Assembly (NCBI GenBank): GCA_040954595.2 | Contig: CM082590.2 | Span: 1,860,001-1,924,000 of the forward strand | DNA length: 64,000 bases | Reading direction: 5' to 3' | Source of the DNA: Balanoglossus misakiensis | Taxonomy: Eukaryota; Animalia; Hemichordata | In this document: one piece after another, positions 15,081 to 28,000 of the stretch | How positions within the stretch are numbered: the stretch's first letter is position 1 | Layout: each line of letters opens with the position of its first letter | Made by a program: the position numbers and the translations under genes | The notes under the pieces: model-generated | The model's input: only the letters and a program-made list of their open reading frames with translations | Database searches by the model: none | What the model was told of the DNA's origin: nothing

Positions 15081-18000
15081 TCATTCACTGTGTCAAATAT
15101 TGGATTTGACACACTGTGTCTGGGGTGGGTAAAGCATGGTGAAATGTTGGCGGTAAACTTTAACCAGGCAGGTCACATGAGAGGAAGATTTTATCATTTG
15201 AGTTCTATGACATACATGATAAGATATGTCAGTTTTTACACCTTTTTTTGCAGACGTATATGCTGATGTATTTTTTTCCATTGGACACAGTAGGCAAAGT
15301 CCAGTCTGTGTTTAAAATGATACCCTGGTCACACACAGTGAGAAATGTCAGCCTTTGACTACCATGTTAAATTATCTATTTTATGCATTGTTAATCATGC
15401 ACTGTGATGTTTACTGCAGGTAAATTTTTTCCCCTGTGGAAACTTACTATGCTTTGAATACATGTTCCCTAATGGGGTGTTGAAGGATACAGTAGGATCT
15501 GTTTCTGTAGCAACTGATTTTTCTGAACTTTTGCAAAGTCGAAATTTCAGGACCCATGATTTTTTTCAAAAAAGTGAAGAAATTTAGAAATTTCGCAAAG
15601 TCGAAAAATTGTAATTTTTTGATTGTTTTCATGAGCTGTAACCCATGATTTTTTTTAAGAAAACGAAGAAATTTTGAACTTTCGCAAAGTCGAAAAATTG
15701 TTATTTTTGGGTGATTTTCATGACCCATGATTTTTTTCAAAAATGTGAAGTAATTTTAACTTTCGCAAAGTCGAAAAATTGTAATTTTGTGATGGTTTTA
15801 TGAGCTAAAACCCATGATTTTTTTTCCAAAAATGTGAAGAATTTTTGAATTTTCGCAAAGTCGAAAAATTGTAATTTTTTGATGGTTTTCATGAGCTGTA
15901 ACCATGATGTTTTTCAAGAAAACGAAGAAATGTTGAACTTTCGCAAAGTCGAAAATTTGCTATTTTTGGATGATTTTCGAGAGCTAAAACCCATGATTTT
16001 TTTCCAAAAATGTGAAGAGATGTTGAACTTTCGCAAAGTCTAAAAATAGTAATTTTTGGACGATTTTCAGGACCTATAACCCGTTATTTTCTTCAAAAAA
16101 TGAACAAATTTTGAAATTTCGCAAAGTCGAAAAATTGTTATTTTTGGGTGATTTCCATGAGCTATAACGCATGATTTTTTTCTTCAAAAATGTGAAGAAA
16201 TTTTGAACTTTTGCAATGTGGACAAATTGTAATTTTTGGATGATTTTCATGAGCTATAACCCATGATTTTTTTCTTTGAACTTTATCAAGGTAACCCATG
16301 ATTTTTTTCAAAAAAATGAAGAAATTTTGAACTTTTGCAAAGTCGAAAAATTGTAATTTTTTGATGGTTTTCATGAGCTGTAACCCATAATTTTTTTCAA
16401 GAAATCGAAGAAATTTTGAACTTTCGCAATGTGGAAAAATTGTCATTTCTGGATGATTTTCATGAGCTATAACACGTGATTTTTTTCAATGAAGTGAAGA
16501 AATTTAGAAATTTAGCAAAGTCGAAAAATTGTAATTTTTGGATGATGTTCATGAGCTATAACCAATGAATTTTTTTCAAAAAAGTGAAGAAAATTTGAAC
16601 TTTCCCAATGTGGAAAAATTGTCATTTCTGGATGATTTTCATGAGGTATAACCCATGATTTTTTTCTTTTGAAATTTATCAAGGTAACCCATGATTTTTT
16701 TTTTTAAAAATGAAGAAATTTTGAACTTTCGCAGAAGCGAAAAATTGTAATTTTTTGATGGTTTTCATGAGCTGTAACCATGATTTTTTTCAAGAAAACG
16801 AAGAAATTTTGAACTTTCGGAAAGTCAAAAAATTGTTATTTTTGGATGATTTTCAAGAGCTAAAACCCACAATTTTTTTCTTCAAAATGTGAAGAGATTT
16901 AGTTTTTTCGCAAAGTCGAAATATTGTCATTTTTGGACGATTTTCATGACCCATAATTTTTTTTCAAAAAAGTGAAGAAATTTTGAACTTTCGCAAAGTC
17001 TAAAAATAGTTATTTTTGCATGATTTTCAGGACCTATAACCCATGATTTTCTTCACAAAAATAAAGAAGTCGACATTTTTTTATTTTTAGGTGATTTTTA
17101 TGACCCATGATTTTTTTCAAAAAAGTGGAGAAATTTAGAAATTTCGCAAAGTCGAAAAATTGTAATTTTTTGATGGTTTTCATGAGCTGTAACCCATGAT
17201 TTTTTTTCAAGAAAACGAAGAAATTTTGAACTTTCGCAAAGTCAAAAAATTGTTATTTTTGGATGATTTTCAAGAGCTAAAACCCTCATTCATTGTGTCC
17301 AATATTTGATTTGACACACTGTGTCTGGGGTGGGTAAAGCATGGTGAAATGTTGGCGGTAAACTTTAACCAGGCAGGTCACATGAAAGGAAGATTTTATC
17401 CTTTGAGTTCGACGACATACATGATAAGATTTGTCACTTTTGACACCTTTTTTCCCAATTTGTCTTAGACGCAGATGTATCTTTTCAATCTGGACACAGT
17501 AGGCAAAGTCCCGCCTGTGTTTAAAATGAATCCCTGGTCACACACAGGGATAAATGTCAGCCTTTGACTACTGTGTTAAATTATCTAATTTATGCATTGT
17601 TAATCACCCTCTGTGAAGTTTGGTGCAGGTTTTTCTTTTCCAGGGTTGAAACATACTATGCTTTGAATACATGTTTCCTATGGGGGTGTTGAAGGAAACA
17701 GTAGGATATGTTTCTCCAGCAATTATGACACTGTTTTCAACATGTTTGTCTGGTGGCAATATGTGATTATATGTTGGTATACATCATGGGTTGATAAATG
17801 TTGTACGTAGTGCTGGGTTTGACACCCTGGTTTGGGGCGGGTAAATTTTAGGGGGAACTTTATCCAGCCATGTTATATGTGAGGAATAGCTAATACTTTG
17901 AATTGGGGACAAACATGACAACATTGATCACTCTTGACAACTTTACATGAACTGTAACTAAGGAAAAATGAGAGTCTTTGCTTTAACTTTACCATCTGGA

Positions 18001-18275
18001 CACAGTATAGGCAAAGTCCGGCCTCTGTTTAATATGATACCCTGGTCACACACAGTGATAAATGTCAGCCTTTGACTACTGTGTTAAATTATCTAATTTA
18101 TGCATTGTTAATCACCCTCTGTGAAGTTTGGTGCAGGTTTTTCTTTTCCAGGGTTGAAACATACTCTGCTTTGAATACATGTTTCCTATGGGGGTGTTGA
18201 AGGAAACAGTAGGATATGTTTCTCCAGCAATTATGACACTGTTTTTAATATGCTTGCTGGTGGCAATATGTGTAT
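15081..18275. repeat. Three diverged copies of a ~500-bp unit (15081-15513, 17286-~17770, ~17815-18275)
   Basis: The block TGGACACAGT(AT)AGGCAAAGTCC...AAATGTCAGCCTTTGACTAC...GGGGTGTTGAAGGA is shared by all three copies. Copies 1 and 2 are separated by the 89-bp array. Confidence 0.85.
15524..17283. repeat. Tandem repeat, ~81-90-bp unit rich in A/T tracts (~20 copies)
   Basis: TTTCGCAAAGTCGAAAAATTGTAATTTTT...CCATGATTTTTTTCAA recurs at 15591, 15680, 15761, 15851, 15939 and onward. Confidence 0.95.
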
Positions 18276-18378
18276 ATATTTCGCTATTGGTTGATAAACA
18301 TCATGGTTCTTCACGTCATGATGAAAACTGAAAACTAAAACTATCGTTTTTGTAAACCATTGCTATGAAAAAAAACAC

Positions 18379-19590
18379 TACAGTAAAGGGCCTTGTTAGT
18401 TTATGTGATACACTTTATCATATAAATTCAACACTGGTAGCTAGGGCAGTGTTTGCACAGTGGAGTCTCTTAAATGCCTTCGCTCATTCACACCTCTTCA
18501 GTGATAATGCCTGGATTATATTGACATGAAACTGTTTGTTCAGCAGTGTTTCAACTGCCAGCCGCCTGAGTTCATTTTAACACCCAAACACTGAAAATAT
18601 TGTAGCAATCAATAATATAACCTACACGCGGTGTAAAAGTCGTCGTGTTTGAAAGTTATGTTGATGCCTGATGTGCATTGTGACTCACGGGGCATGCAAG
18701 GGTAAAGCTTGTCCAAAGTTGACAAAGCAAAAGACCAGACTAAGTGCCTATTTTAAAATGTGCTTCTTTCCAAGGACCTTGCTGATGAGTCATGAATTGG
18801 GCAACGTTCATGAGACCCATATTTTTCACTGGACCAGCACATGTAATGATATGACCATGAAATTGAACTGTTACCAGGAACTACTGAGAGTTGCCTTGTT
18901 TCACCCCCAAGTTACTACCTGGGGTTTTTACAATGTCGACAGTAGTTCCAAAAACGTTGTACTTTTATGAATAATCGATTAGGGTAGATTTATTTGCGGT
19001 GGTAAAACATTCTGGCCTGCAGTTGCCAAACAAAGACAATTACAAGTAAGGGACTGGACGTGGACTAAATAAAGCACAAAAAACGTAACACTTGACATCT
19101 TACAGTAAAGGGCCTTGCCTGTTGATGTGATACACTTTATCATATAACTTCACAACTGGTAGCTAGGGCAGTGTTTGCACAGGGGAGTCTCTTAAATGCC
19201 TTCGCTCATTCACACCTCTTCAGTGATAATGCCTGGATTTTATTGACATGAAGCTGTTTGTTCAGCAGCGTTTCAACTGCCAGCCGTCTGAGATCATTTT
19301 AACACCCAAACACTGAAAATATTGTAGCAATCAATAATATAACCTACACGCGGTGTAAAAGTCATCGTATTTGAAAGTTATGTTGATGCCTGATGTGCAT
19401 TGTGACTCACGGGGCATGCAAGGGTAAAGCTTGTCCAAAGTTGACAAAGCAAAAGACCAGACTAAGTGCCTGTTTTAAAATGTGCCTCTTTCCAAGGACC
19501 TTGGTGACGAGGCATAAATTTGGGGAATTTTCACGTGACCATTTTTTTCACTGGACCCGCACATGTAATGATATAACCATGAAATTGCAG
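18379..19590. repeat. Direct duplication of ~490 bp at 722-bp offset (18379-18868 / 19101-19590)
   Basis: Both copies begin TACAGTAAAGGGCCTTG, and the short ORFs at 18671 and 19393 begin identically. Confidence 0.9.
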
Positions 19591-20048
19591 TGCAACAACA
19601 GCATATGGTGCTGAAGCATCAGATGTTTGACCCAACGTACCCCGTACCAGTTTGTACAGCTGTTCGAATGCAAATTCAAAGTTTCAATTCCAATTAGAAC
19701 ATATGATGTCAAGAGATACTATAGTACAACCTAGCCCACAAGTTTTTTTATCGAAATTGGACAGATCACAAGAGTCATGCGACCTGTTGTGCGACTTGCA
19801 CAAAATCATGTCTTGATTATACAAGCTTCCAGTGAAAATGTTGGGCCAGTACTGATATCTCCTAAATTCCACCGTGTAATGGCCTCTGAAAGAAATGTGT
19901 GCAAATTGTACAGCAATTATAGTGTTCTAGACATGTAGCATGATGTAGCATCAGAAAGGTTTAGAACTTCAAAGTTCAGACCAGCTGTGTTACACAAACA
20001 ATGCAATTGTTTTCAAACAATGCATATTGTCAATCTTTCTCCATAGGG

Positions 20049-20103
20049 GCACAGGTCACACCGAGCGCTCAGAACCTAATAGTGCACTCGGTGCGACCTG
20101 TGC
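20049..20103. repeat. Short hairpin with a 20-bp stem
   Basis: GCACAGGTCACACCGAGCGC / GCACTCGGTGCGACCTGTGC, 18/20 complementary. Confidence 0.75.
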
Positions 20104-20635
20104 ATAGCGGTGGACCATTTGATTTTGTGAGGGGGGGGGGGGGGAGGTGGAGGATTTCGGAAAAAAAATGTTGAAAGCTTTTTTCGTGAAATAAAAAAAA
20201 CTTGTTTGTGCGGGTTGAGTAAAAAAAATGCTTCCAACATGGCTTTTAACAAAAGTTGCTGCCACGGATTATGTCTTGGCTGTGAATTTCAGGCTATATC
20301 AATACACATAATAAATATATCACTACTTTCAAAACCCATTGTTTGCCATGCAAGAACTTGACCATATGGAGAAGTGCTACTTGCCATAGAGGACATACAT
20401 ATATACATACATCATACATACTTACATGCATAAATAAATAAATACCAGTACATGTACATACAACAAATACCATCACACTACTCTGATTATCATTCAGTCA
20501 TTTATTACAATAAAATAATACTGATATATATGTACAACATATGCACTCCTTAGTACTAATCCTTTGCTTTCCAATTTGAGAAAAAGGCAAAATATATACA
20601 ATTACTTGTCACCTAGGCCATGTCAAGCTTACATT

Positions 20636-23600
20636 TTACAAATACAGTTTACCCGTATGAGGTATAACACACATTACTTGTTCTCTATTTATTGTGTCAA
20701 AACCTGCAACAAATTTACCATGAATTTGTTGCACTGGTATGAATGATGCAGGACCAGACATTTCATAAGCATCCTTACACCAAACCCCCACTGGTTCACC
20801 ATAGTGGTTTATGTTGCTGAAACCACCGAACCTTTGCTAATACAAACAATTCTTGTTTACCATTAATAGTCAAATACTGAGAAAAATAGTATTCAACAAT
20901 GTCTGGTCTAAGCAAGCCATTATTACAATCAATTTTGCCACCAAGTGTACACCAACGAGCTAGGATAAGAGAAGATCTCCTGTATCGAGAGTCTTCAGAC
21001 CCCAAAACATCTTGAGCGAATTTAACAGCTACAGATTTCTTTATATATCCAGTTACAGTATGGAGAACAGATTCTTCAAGAAATGTTTTGTACATCTCTT
21101 TTAGGTTGGCCATCCAGGATGAATCTAGGAGGTCCATAGAAATGGGCCCCACCATTTGAAATAAATGCACTGTTTGTAAGGCAACAGACAAATTAAAATC
21201 AGCAAGTCCCAATCGCAATTTGCCTAACAACACAGCTGATTTGTCCTCACCACATCTTTGTGCTTCATGTCTGTTAAGAGGGAAAAATGCATTAAAATCC
21301 TGATAGTCTTTTGGTTTTGGCATGTTATGCAGTAACTGTTCATTTAGAAATTTCCGCATTATTTGTATTTCAATTGACCTGTGATTAGCACAGTAATCAG
21401 AAAGTATGCCATTGTATCTTTCATATGGGAAGGTCCAGAAAGAATACACTGGTCCATAATCTAGAATACAGTCAACCAGATGGGTGTGGTAATGCATATT
21501 TGGTGTCACCTTTTCTGCTCCATAAACCTTCTCAAACTGATTGCAAAATTGCATCATGTATGAATGACCTTTAGCAATATTACTCAAAGTTATTACTGGA
21601 GAGCAAAGAAAATGGCAAGCTAACACAAAAAGACGCCACATTTCCATATCTTTCCTTGGTAAAATTCCTTTCAAAGCAAAATCCAAGAAAAGAGTGATCC
21701 AATGTTTCCACTGGTCTGCAGTGAAACCACCAAAACTTGTTGCAATTTTCAAAGGCATTCTTCCATGTTTGATGGAACTTTGGTAATATCAATCTTTTGC
21801 TGTATAGTTTCAAGTTGACCTTTAGAAATGTTGGGTTTGTTTTTGTCCAGCCACACATTCTTCATAATGTGTTTACCAGTTCCCAAGAATAAATTGTGCA
21901 GTGGGTCAATAACATGAAACCTAACGCAGTCAAAATAGACCAGCTTCATTAACAATGTGTATTATAACACACCCTGCAGCGAACCCTCAATCGTGATTCG
22001 TCAATACGACGTCACGTGACCTTAGTCATTTCGAACTGTTGCCTGGGGCATCAGTTCGATCGGTTTGGTGTGTTATAAAACACATGATGGCTGACATATT
22101 CGGGCAACAGTGTATTTTTAATGACCTCGGGACTGCCAGTCACACCAAAACAGTCTGTTTCCCCTCGGGCTATGCCCTCGGGAAAACAAGACTGTTTTAG
22201 TTGTGACTAGCAGCGCCCTTGGTCATCAAAATACACTGTTGCCCTCATTGTCAGTCATCATGTGTATATCGTACACCATATTTTGACACTAGTGCATCCC
22301 GATCTGCTTTTGACATTTGCCCATCAGTCTCTTCAGCTTGTTTTCGATGTTGTGCATTGTGCCTGCTGTTTGATGGCTCAAAACCACCGAAGTTAATCTT
22401 GTCAGCAAAGTTTCCAACAATAAATTCTTTTTCACATTTGGAGCAACCTTTCCTAGCCTTATGCCCAACAAAACCACACAGCTTTCTTGTTGCTGGTACA
22501 TCAGATACAACATTAATCAGTGCAGCATGGAATGTACCAATAACATGTTTGCCAGATTCAATGATTGGGCATTTTAAACCTTCATCCCATAATAATTTCA
22601 TTTCTTCTACAAAAGGTTGAAGAAATGAATAAATATTCAATGAAGGCTCTCTTGGACCCGGTAACAACCCAACAAGAATTACATTTTCCTTCTTGTACCG
22701 CTCAGCACGTGGTAAGTTGAGAATGACCAAGTAAAGTGCTCCAACACTGTATGGAAGGTGTTTAAATGGGCAGAACCAATCTAAATTTAGTTGCAATGCG
22801 TAATTTTTAGGAGAACTTAAGATTGGCCTGCCATTTACATTCTGAAACTCTTTCCAAATTCTTCCATCATAAATGTCAGATAGGACACCAGGGGATTGTT
22901 CTCTGTCACGCCAAAGTTCACATTTTGGAACAAAATCATGGCGTTTCACAAGATCTGACAAGGATTGTAAAACAGATTTGTAACAATAAACTTTAAATGG
23001 ATACAAACGTTTCTTATTTCCCTGGAGTTCTACTTCTTTCAGTAAAGGTGTCCCACATGGTTGTCGATGCTTTTTCTGCCGATGTGCGGGAAACTCTATA
23101 AATTTGCATTTGATTGGAATGTTTTGACCACCCACCCGCTTGTAGCAATCCTTAAACTTGTAAAGTGAACTGCACTTTTGACAAATGACATACTTGATGA
23201 ATCTGTCTTCATTTAAGCCAATGATTTGTTTTAGTTTGTACAAACTAACAGGCAAGAGGGCAGAGAATGCAGCAACACATGGGGACATTTGTCCTAACAC
23301 AAGGAACAGTGTCCTAAAAAATCCAAGTATCAACATCATACAAGTTTCAGTAACACTGTGAAAATACCATAGGTAAGACAAAAAAAGACAAAACCAATTG
23401 GCTAAAGTCAACAAACGTGGGTCAGTTGATTCTTCTACAAGTACAGGCACAAACAGATTTGAGGAGTCCAATCCTTCTTTGAAATCCCCATTGAGTTCAT
23501 TCTCATCCACAGTGTCCCAAATCTCAAAATTACAATGATCATTCATAACGTCCTTCTCTTCTTGTCCACTAGGTTGATCAAAGTACATACGATCTTCTTC

Positions 23601-23930
23601 ATCCAAAGTTTCTATGAAATGTTCAAAGTTCTCGTGTGGTGCTCCATTGCTTGTATTCTCTTTGAAGTGGATATTATGGCAGTCATCAAGACAGCTGCTG
23701 TGGCCAGCCTCAAGTTCAGTGTCATCAGTGTCTATCCATGTGTTATTGCTGAACAACAATTTATCCTCTTCTCGTTCAATGTCATCAACTGTAGTCCAGA
23801 TGTTTGAAACGTCATTGAAGTATTGTTTACGATGCCGCTTGTAAACTTTCGTTATCACCTCATCATTACAGTGGGGACAGTATTTTCTTTTAGAAGCCAT
23901 TTGTTCACTAGAAGAGAAAGGAGACATCAT
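20636..23930 (-). pseudogene. EnSpm/CACTA (CMC superfamily, Tnp2-type) transposase, disrupted
   Basis: Motifs LNLDWFCPF, ILNLPRAERYKKENVILVGLLPGPREP, DVPATRKLCGF..CSKC, VIDPLHNLFLG, FTADQWK and PNMHYHTHL..YGPVYSFWTFPYERYNG across ORFs 22251-23930, 21749-21955 and 20796-21758. Lesions: an insertion at ~21957-22265 and frameshifts near 21764 and 20800. The C-terminus (GEPVGVW...FIPVQQI...) continues to a stop at 20636. Confidence 0.9.
21957..22265. mobile_element. ~310-bp double-hairpin non-autonomous element (possibly Crypton-type)
   Basis: Two abutting inverted repeats (TATAACACACC..GGTGTGTTATA and ACACATGATGGCTGACA..TGTCAGTCATCATGTGT with central CCTCGGGCTATGCCCTCGGG). Removing it restores YGVRYT-LLMKLVYFD in the transposase. 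Confidence 0.8.
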
Positions 23931-25062
23931 AAGTTATTAAGTAATTTTTATCAACAGACGACATCAAATTGGCCATCTTCATGATATCAACACGGTGCTA
24001 CTTTTCCATACTTCTTTTGGTATGAGTCTTATCCGTTTGCAATTTGTCCATTCATAGTGACTGTAGTGGTATCAGATAAAGCAGAGTCAAAACGTCTTGG
24101 TTGACACCTGTCCACAATGCTTTCAACTCTTCAAAGAAGCCCTGAGATAATTCCAATGTGAATGTGCTTCAACAGAGCAGCCACCTGTTTAGAGTGAGAA
24201 GCAGCCACCGCTTTGTCACCTTTGTGGTCACTTAAAATAAAATACACTGTGTATTAAGCCAAGGAAACTGAATGTGAATATTTTTTGAAACTTTGTCTTT
24301 GTGCAGAGGAAACTGGCCACTAAACAGGTGCTCTTTGAAAATAAATGTTGAAGGTAGCTTCTCACAGAAATTGTAATGATGTCAACTGTGTTTCCTATGT
24401 TAGTTTTCTATAACTTCAGATATTCACATCCAAGGGAACTGTGTATGTGAAATCACAAGTCCACTGTAATTAAGTTTAAGTGTTGTGACCTTTGACATGA
24501 AACTTCAAGACGGGTTAGCCTGCGTTCGCAACTCGTCTGAGTTTTTTACACGTTTTTGGTCATTTTTCATGCGGTCTATCCCCGTATTTTGGGACGCTTT
24601 TACGAAAGCACAGTTCACTGTTCGTTTCGCCGACTACGATCACAAACGTCAGTCATCTACAGACACATTACATCGATTTTTTCATCAACATGCTGAGCCG
24701 CATAGCAGCAGCTAAGAGGCCGACTACACGAGGCAAGGCGAGAGGTAGAAAAACTTCGCAACCACACCCGCCCACCCTTTCCATGGGTTCATGTACTTGT
24801 TATACATTAGCCACGTGTTACATATGCTTCCTATGATACAGTTTTGTATTAAGTCGTTTTTGTGGCCATTTTTGCGGGTCACCTGTAATAAACGAGGTGT
24901 TCCCGCCTCAGACAGCCAAGCTCTGGTGTTGTTCCACTTTTGTCTTTCAATAGTTAATTATGTATCATTCTACTATCTGCATCATAGTAGAATGACATAA
25001 AATGTAGCCCTGTCTTCAGGTGCCACCTACTCATTAATTTATTTTCGTACACTGCACCAGCT

Positions 25063-28000
25063 CTAAATCAATTGAACATGATAGAAACTTGCGTTAACCT
25101 GATATGAAATACTAAGGAAGATGTTGGAGGATGGAAATATTTTAGGGGTACTTTGTTTGGGGGGGGGGGTTGGAAGGGGAGATGTTCCATTTTGACTATC
25201 AGAATGCTCATTCACCTTTTGACACCCAGTTTGTCTTTTCTTGTCAAAGCTAGTGTAATTGTATCTATGGGCTATATTTTCAGCATTTGATTCCTTTTTT
25301 ACAAGTGCAGTTTCTTGCTTGACAATCTGAGAATATGAAAAGCATCTGTGTTTTCCAACTAAGATAATTCCAGGCCACATATAAATGGTTTATGTTGGGA
25401 GAGGGTTACTTGAAAAATTTTCAACAGTGTATTTGTGTTTACTTTTTACATGGTACAGGGGTGGGTGTCCAAAACAAAATTATGGTGTTGACCTCAATTT
25501 CCTCCAACTCTCTGCAATAGTAATTGTGATTGCAGCCTGGTTAAATGAATAAAAAAGACATATACATGTATCACATGCATTATATGTTTGAAAGCATGCC
25601 AGTTGCAGTTTACCAGTATAAAGAATAACCATATAAATCTCAACTGACTACATCTACTAAAATTAGCGTAAATCAAGACAATCAGTACAAAGAAATATGT
25701 TGTTAACTTACTTCAGCTTCCCGTAACTTTGCAATTTCTGTCTTCAGAGAATCAATACACTTCACCTGAAAAGAAATTCATACTTGGTAGGATGGCATAT
25801 AGCATAGTGGGGGCTAAACACTATTTGGGGGTTGTTATAGCACAGTTTTTGCCTGACGAAGACAACTTGTGTGTTGTTGAAACGTTGTAGAATAAAAATC
25901 AGTACTATCTGCTCTGGTTGAGCTGCCTCATCTGTCACTTACTGAAAACTAGTCCGACCCTAAGATAATCTAGCATTACCACATCATTTGTTTTTGACAA
26001 GTCTAAACCAGTATGTGACTGGCCTTGATTTCATGATGAAGACCTCACTGATGTATAAAAAATACAATCTAATCTCTGCAACTATTTTATGCCTACCTGC
26101 TCAATCATTACCCTGTCCTTTTGCATAATTATTTCGTTCAAATCACTGATAGTTCTTTCCTGAGAAATTTAAGATATAAATTAGAATTACAATATGTTTG
26201 GTATGAATCCAGGTCTCTGATTGGCTGGAGCCAGGGTTTATATTCATAACTGGACGGCCTGAAATATTTTGACAGGTCTAAACCAATATGTGACGGCCTT
26301 GATTTCATGATGAAGACCTCACTGATGTATAAAAAATACAATCTAATCTGTGCAACTATTTTCTGCCTACCTGCTCAGTCATTACCCTGTCCTTTTGGAT
26401 AATTATTTCGTTCAAATCACTGATAGTTCTATCCTGAGAAATTTAAGATATAAATTAGAATTACAATATGTTTGATATGAATCCAGCTCTCTGATTGGCT
26501 GGAGCCAGGGTTTATATTCATAACTGGACGACCTGAAATAGAATACGTAGGAGACAATGTACCTGAATAGAACACATTTTGTGAATTTTTTTGGATGTGG
26601 AATAAAGTCATGCTACTTTTAATTCTAAAACATGTTTGCATGAGCACATTCTATGGCAGTGAGCGGTGATGCAGTTGAACTGGAATGATTTATTCCCACC
26701 CAAACATCATATTTGAAATACTAAAATTGTTCATTTTTTATCAAACCAAATCATTTTTAATGAGATTATAAATGATGTGCTCAGGTATTTGGTTGCAGAT
26801 ATAAGACCTTTCTAGGGGAAAAAGATGGTAGAGATGGTTTCCTGTGCATGACCTCTAAAACTGAACTAAAATCTGAGATATTTCATCACATTCAGTCTTA
26901 CTATGATTTCCTTACTAGTTTTTACATGCTCCATGACTCACTGTAACAAGATTTACATACTTTGGCCAGTTCAATACATGTATTATACTTGTAGCAAAAT
27001 TACACAAGGTAAAAGCAAAAACGCTGTGACTGCTGTAAATCTAAACATGTAAGGCAACACTGAGCCTCTTAATCTCAAATTAATTATTTACTGTTTGCCT
27101 TTTAACCAACTAATAATCTTGGAAAACAGGCATTTCGTTAAAATTAACAAGCCAAAAAGTCAAATTCCCAAGTATTGTCAGTGATAGTAAGTCAATTATT
27201 TGATTGACGTTAGTTACAGTTTTCAAATCAGGCAGTGTGTGTCATGAATGCTTCCCTCTAGTAGAGGTCTGTTTCTGAATACTAGATAAATACAATTTTG
27301 CATAAACATGACAAAGACGCCAACAATAATTTGCACACTCACCTTCTCTGCATAATTATTTTTGATGGTTTCTTTCAAAACATTGATTTCGTCTTCTTTC
27401 TCCTGCACCTGTGCTCTCAGGTTACTGGAAGGTTGAGTCTTGCATGGCAGAAATAATATAGAGAAATATAAGTTGGATACATGTTTGCCTTTTTCCAGCT
27501 TTAAGTTGAGCAAAATGTTCAAATGGTGGTTATGTTTTATGTCATACTGGACTTTCAACATAACTCAGTGAGATGTACAAATGGGGATTCACCATCCAAC
27601 ATTTTACTGCATGCACCATTGGTAAACGATTTCAGAGAAGAAGCTTTGTGCCAAATTAGGAAAATGACAAGAAAAATTATAAAAATAAACAACATTAGCC
27701 CAAAACAACTGTATGAGGTCCACATAAACATGTATGTGTTGATATGGTACCCCGTTTTCAAAAGAATTGTGAGTTAGCTGGATTTCTCATAATCTAGTGA
27801 CAAGTACAGTAGAGCACAAGAGAGAAAGTCTCTGGAAGTACGTACATGTAGGATGGTAAGTATGGGAGAAGGATGTGATGATGTCACATAGGCTTTTTAG
27901 AAAGATGCCAATCATAAGGGATATTTCTTGGTCATATCAGTGTTTTCTCAAGAAAACTGGATGGTTGATTAGATTGTTAATGACACTGGCAGCACTCACT

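Noticed and set aside
15524-17283. CRISPR-like or repeat-spacer array
   Set aside because: The whole unit is repeated with no unique spacers, the context is eukaryotic, and there are no cas genes.
18671-19614. Duplicated MCIVTHGACKGK ORFs
   Set aside because: They are short, diverge after ~60 codons and have no recognisable domain; the 722-bp duplication explains them.
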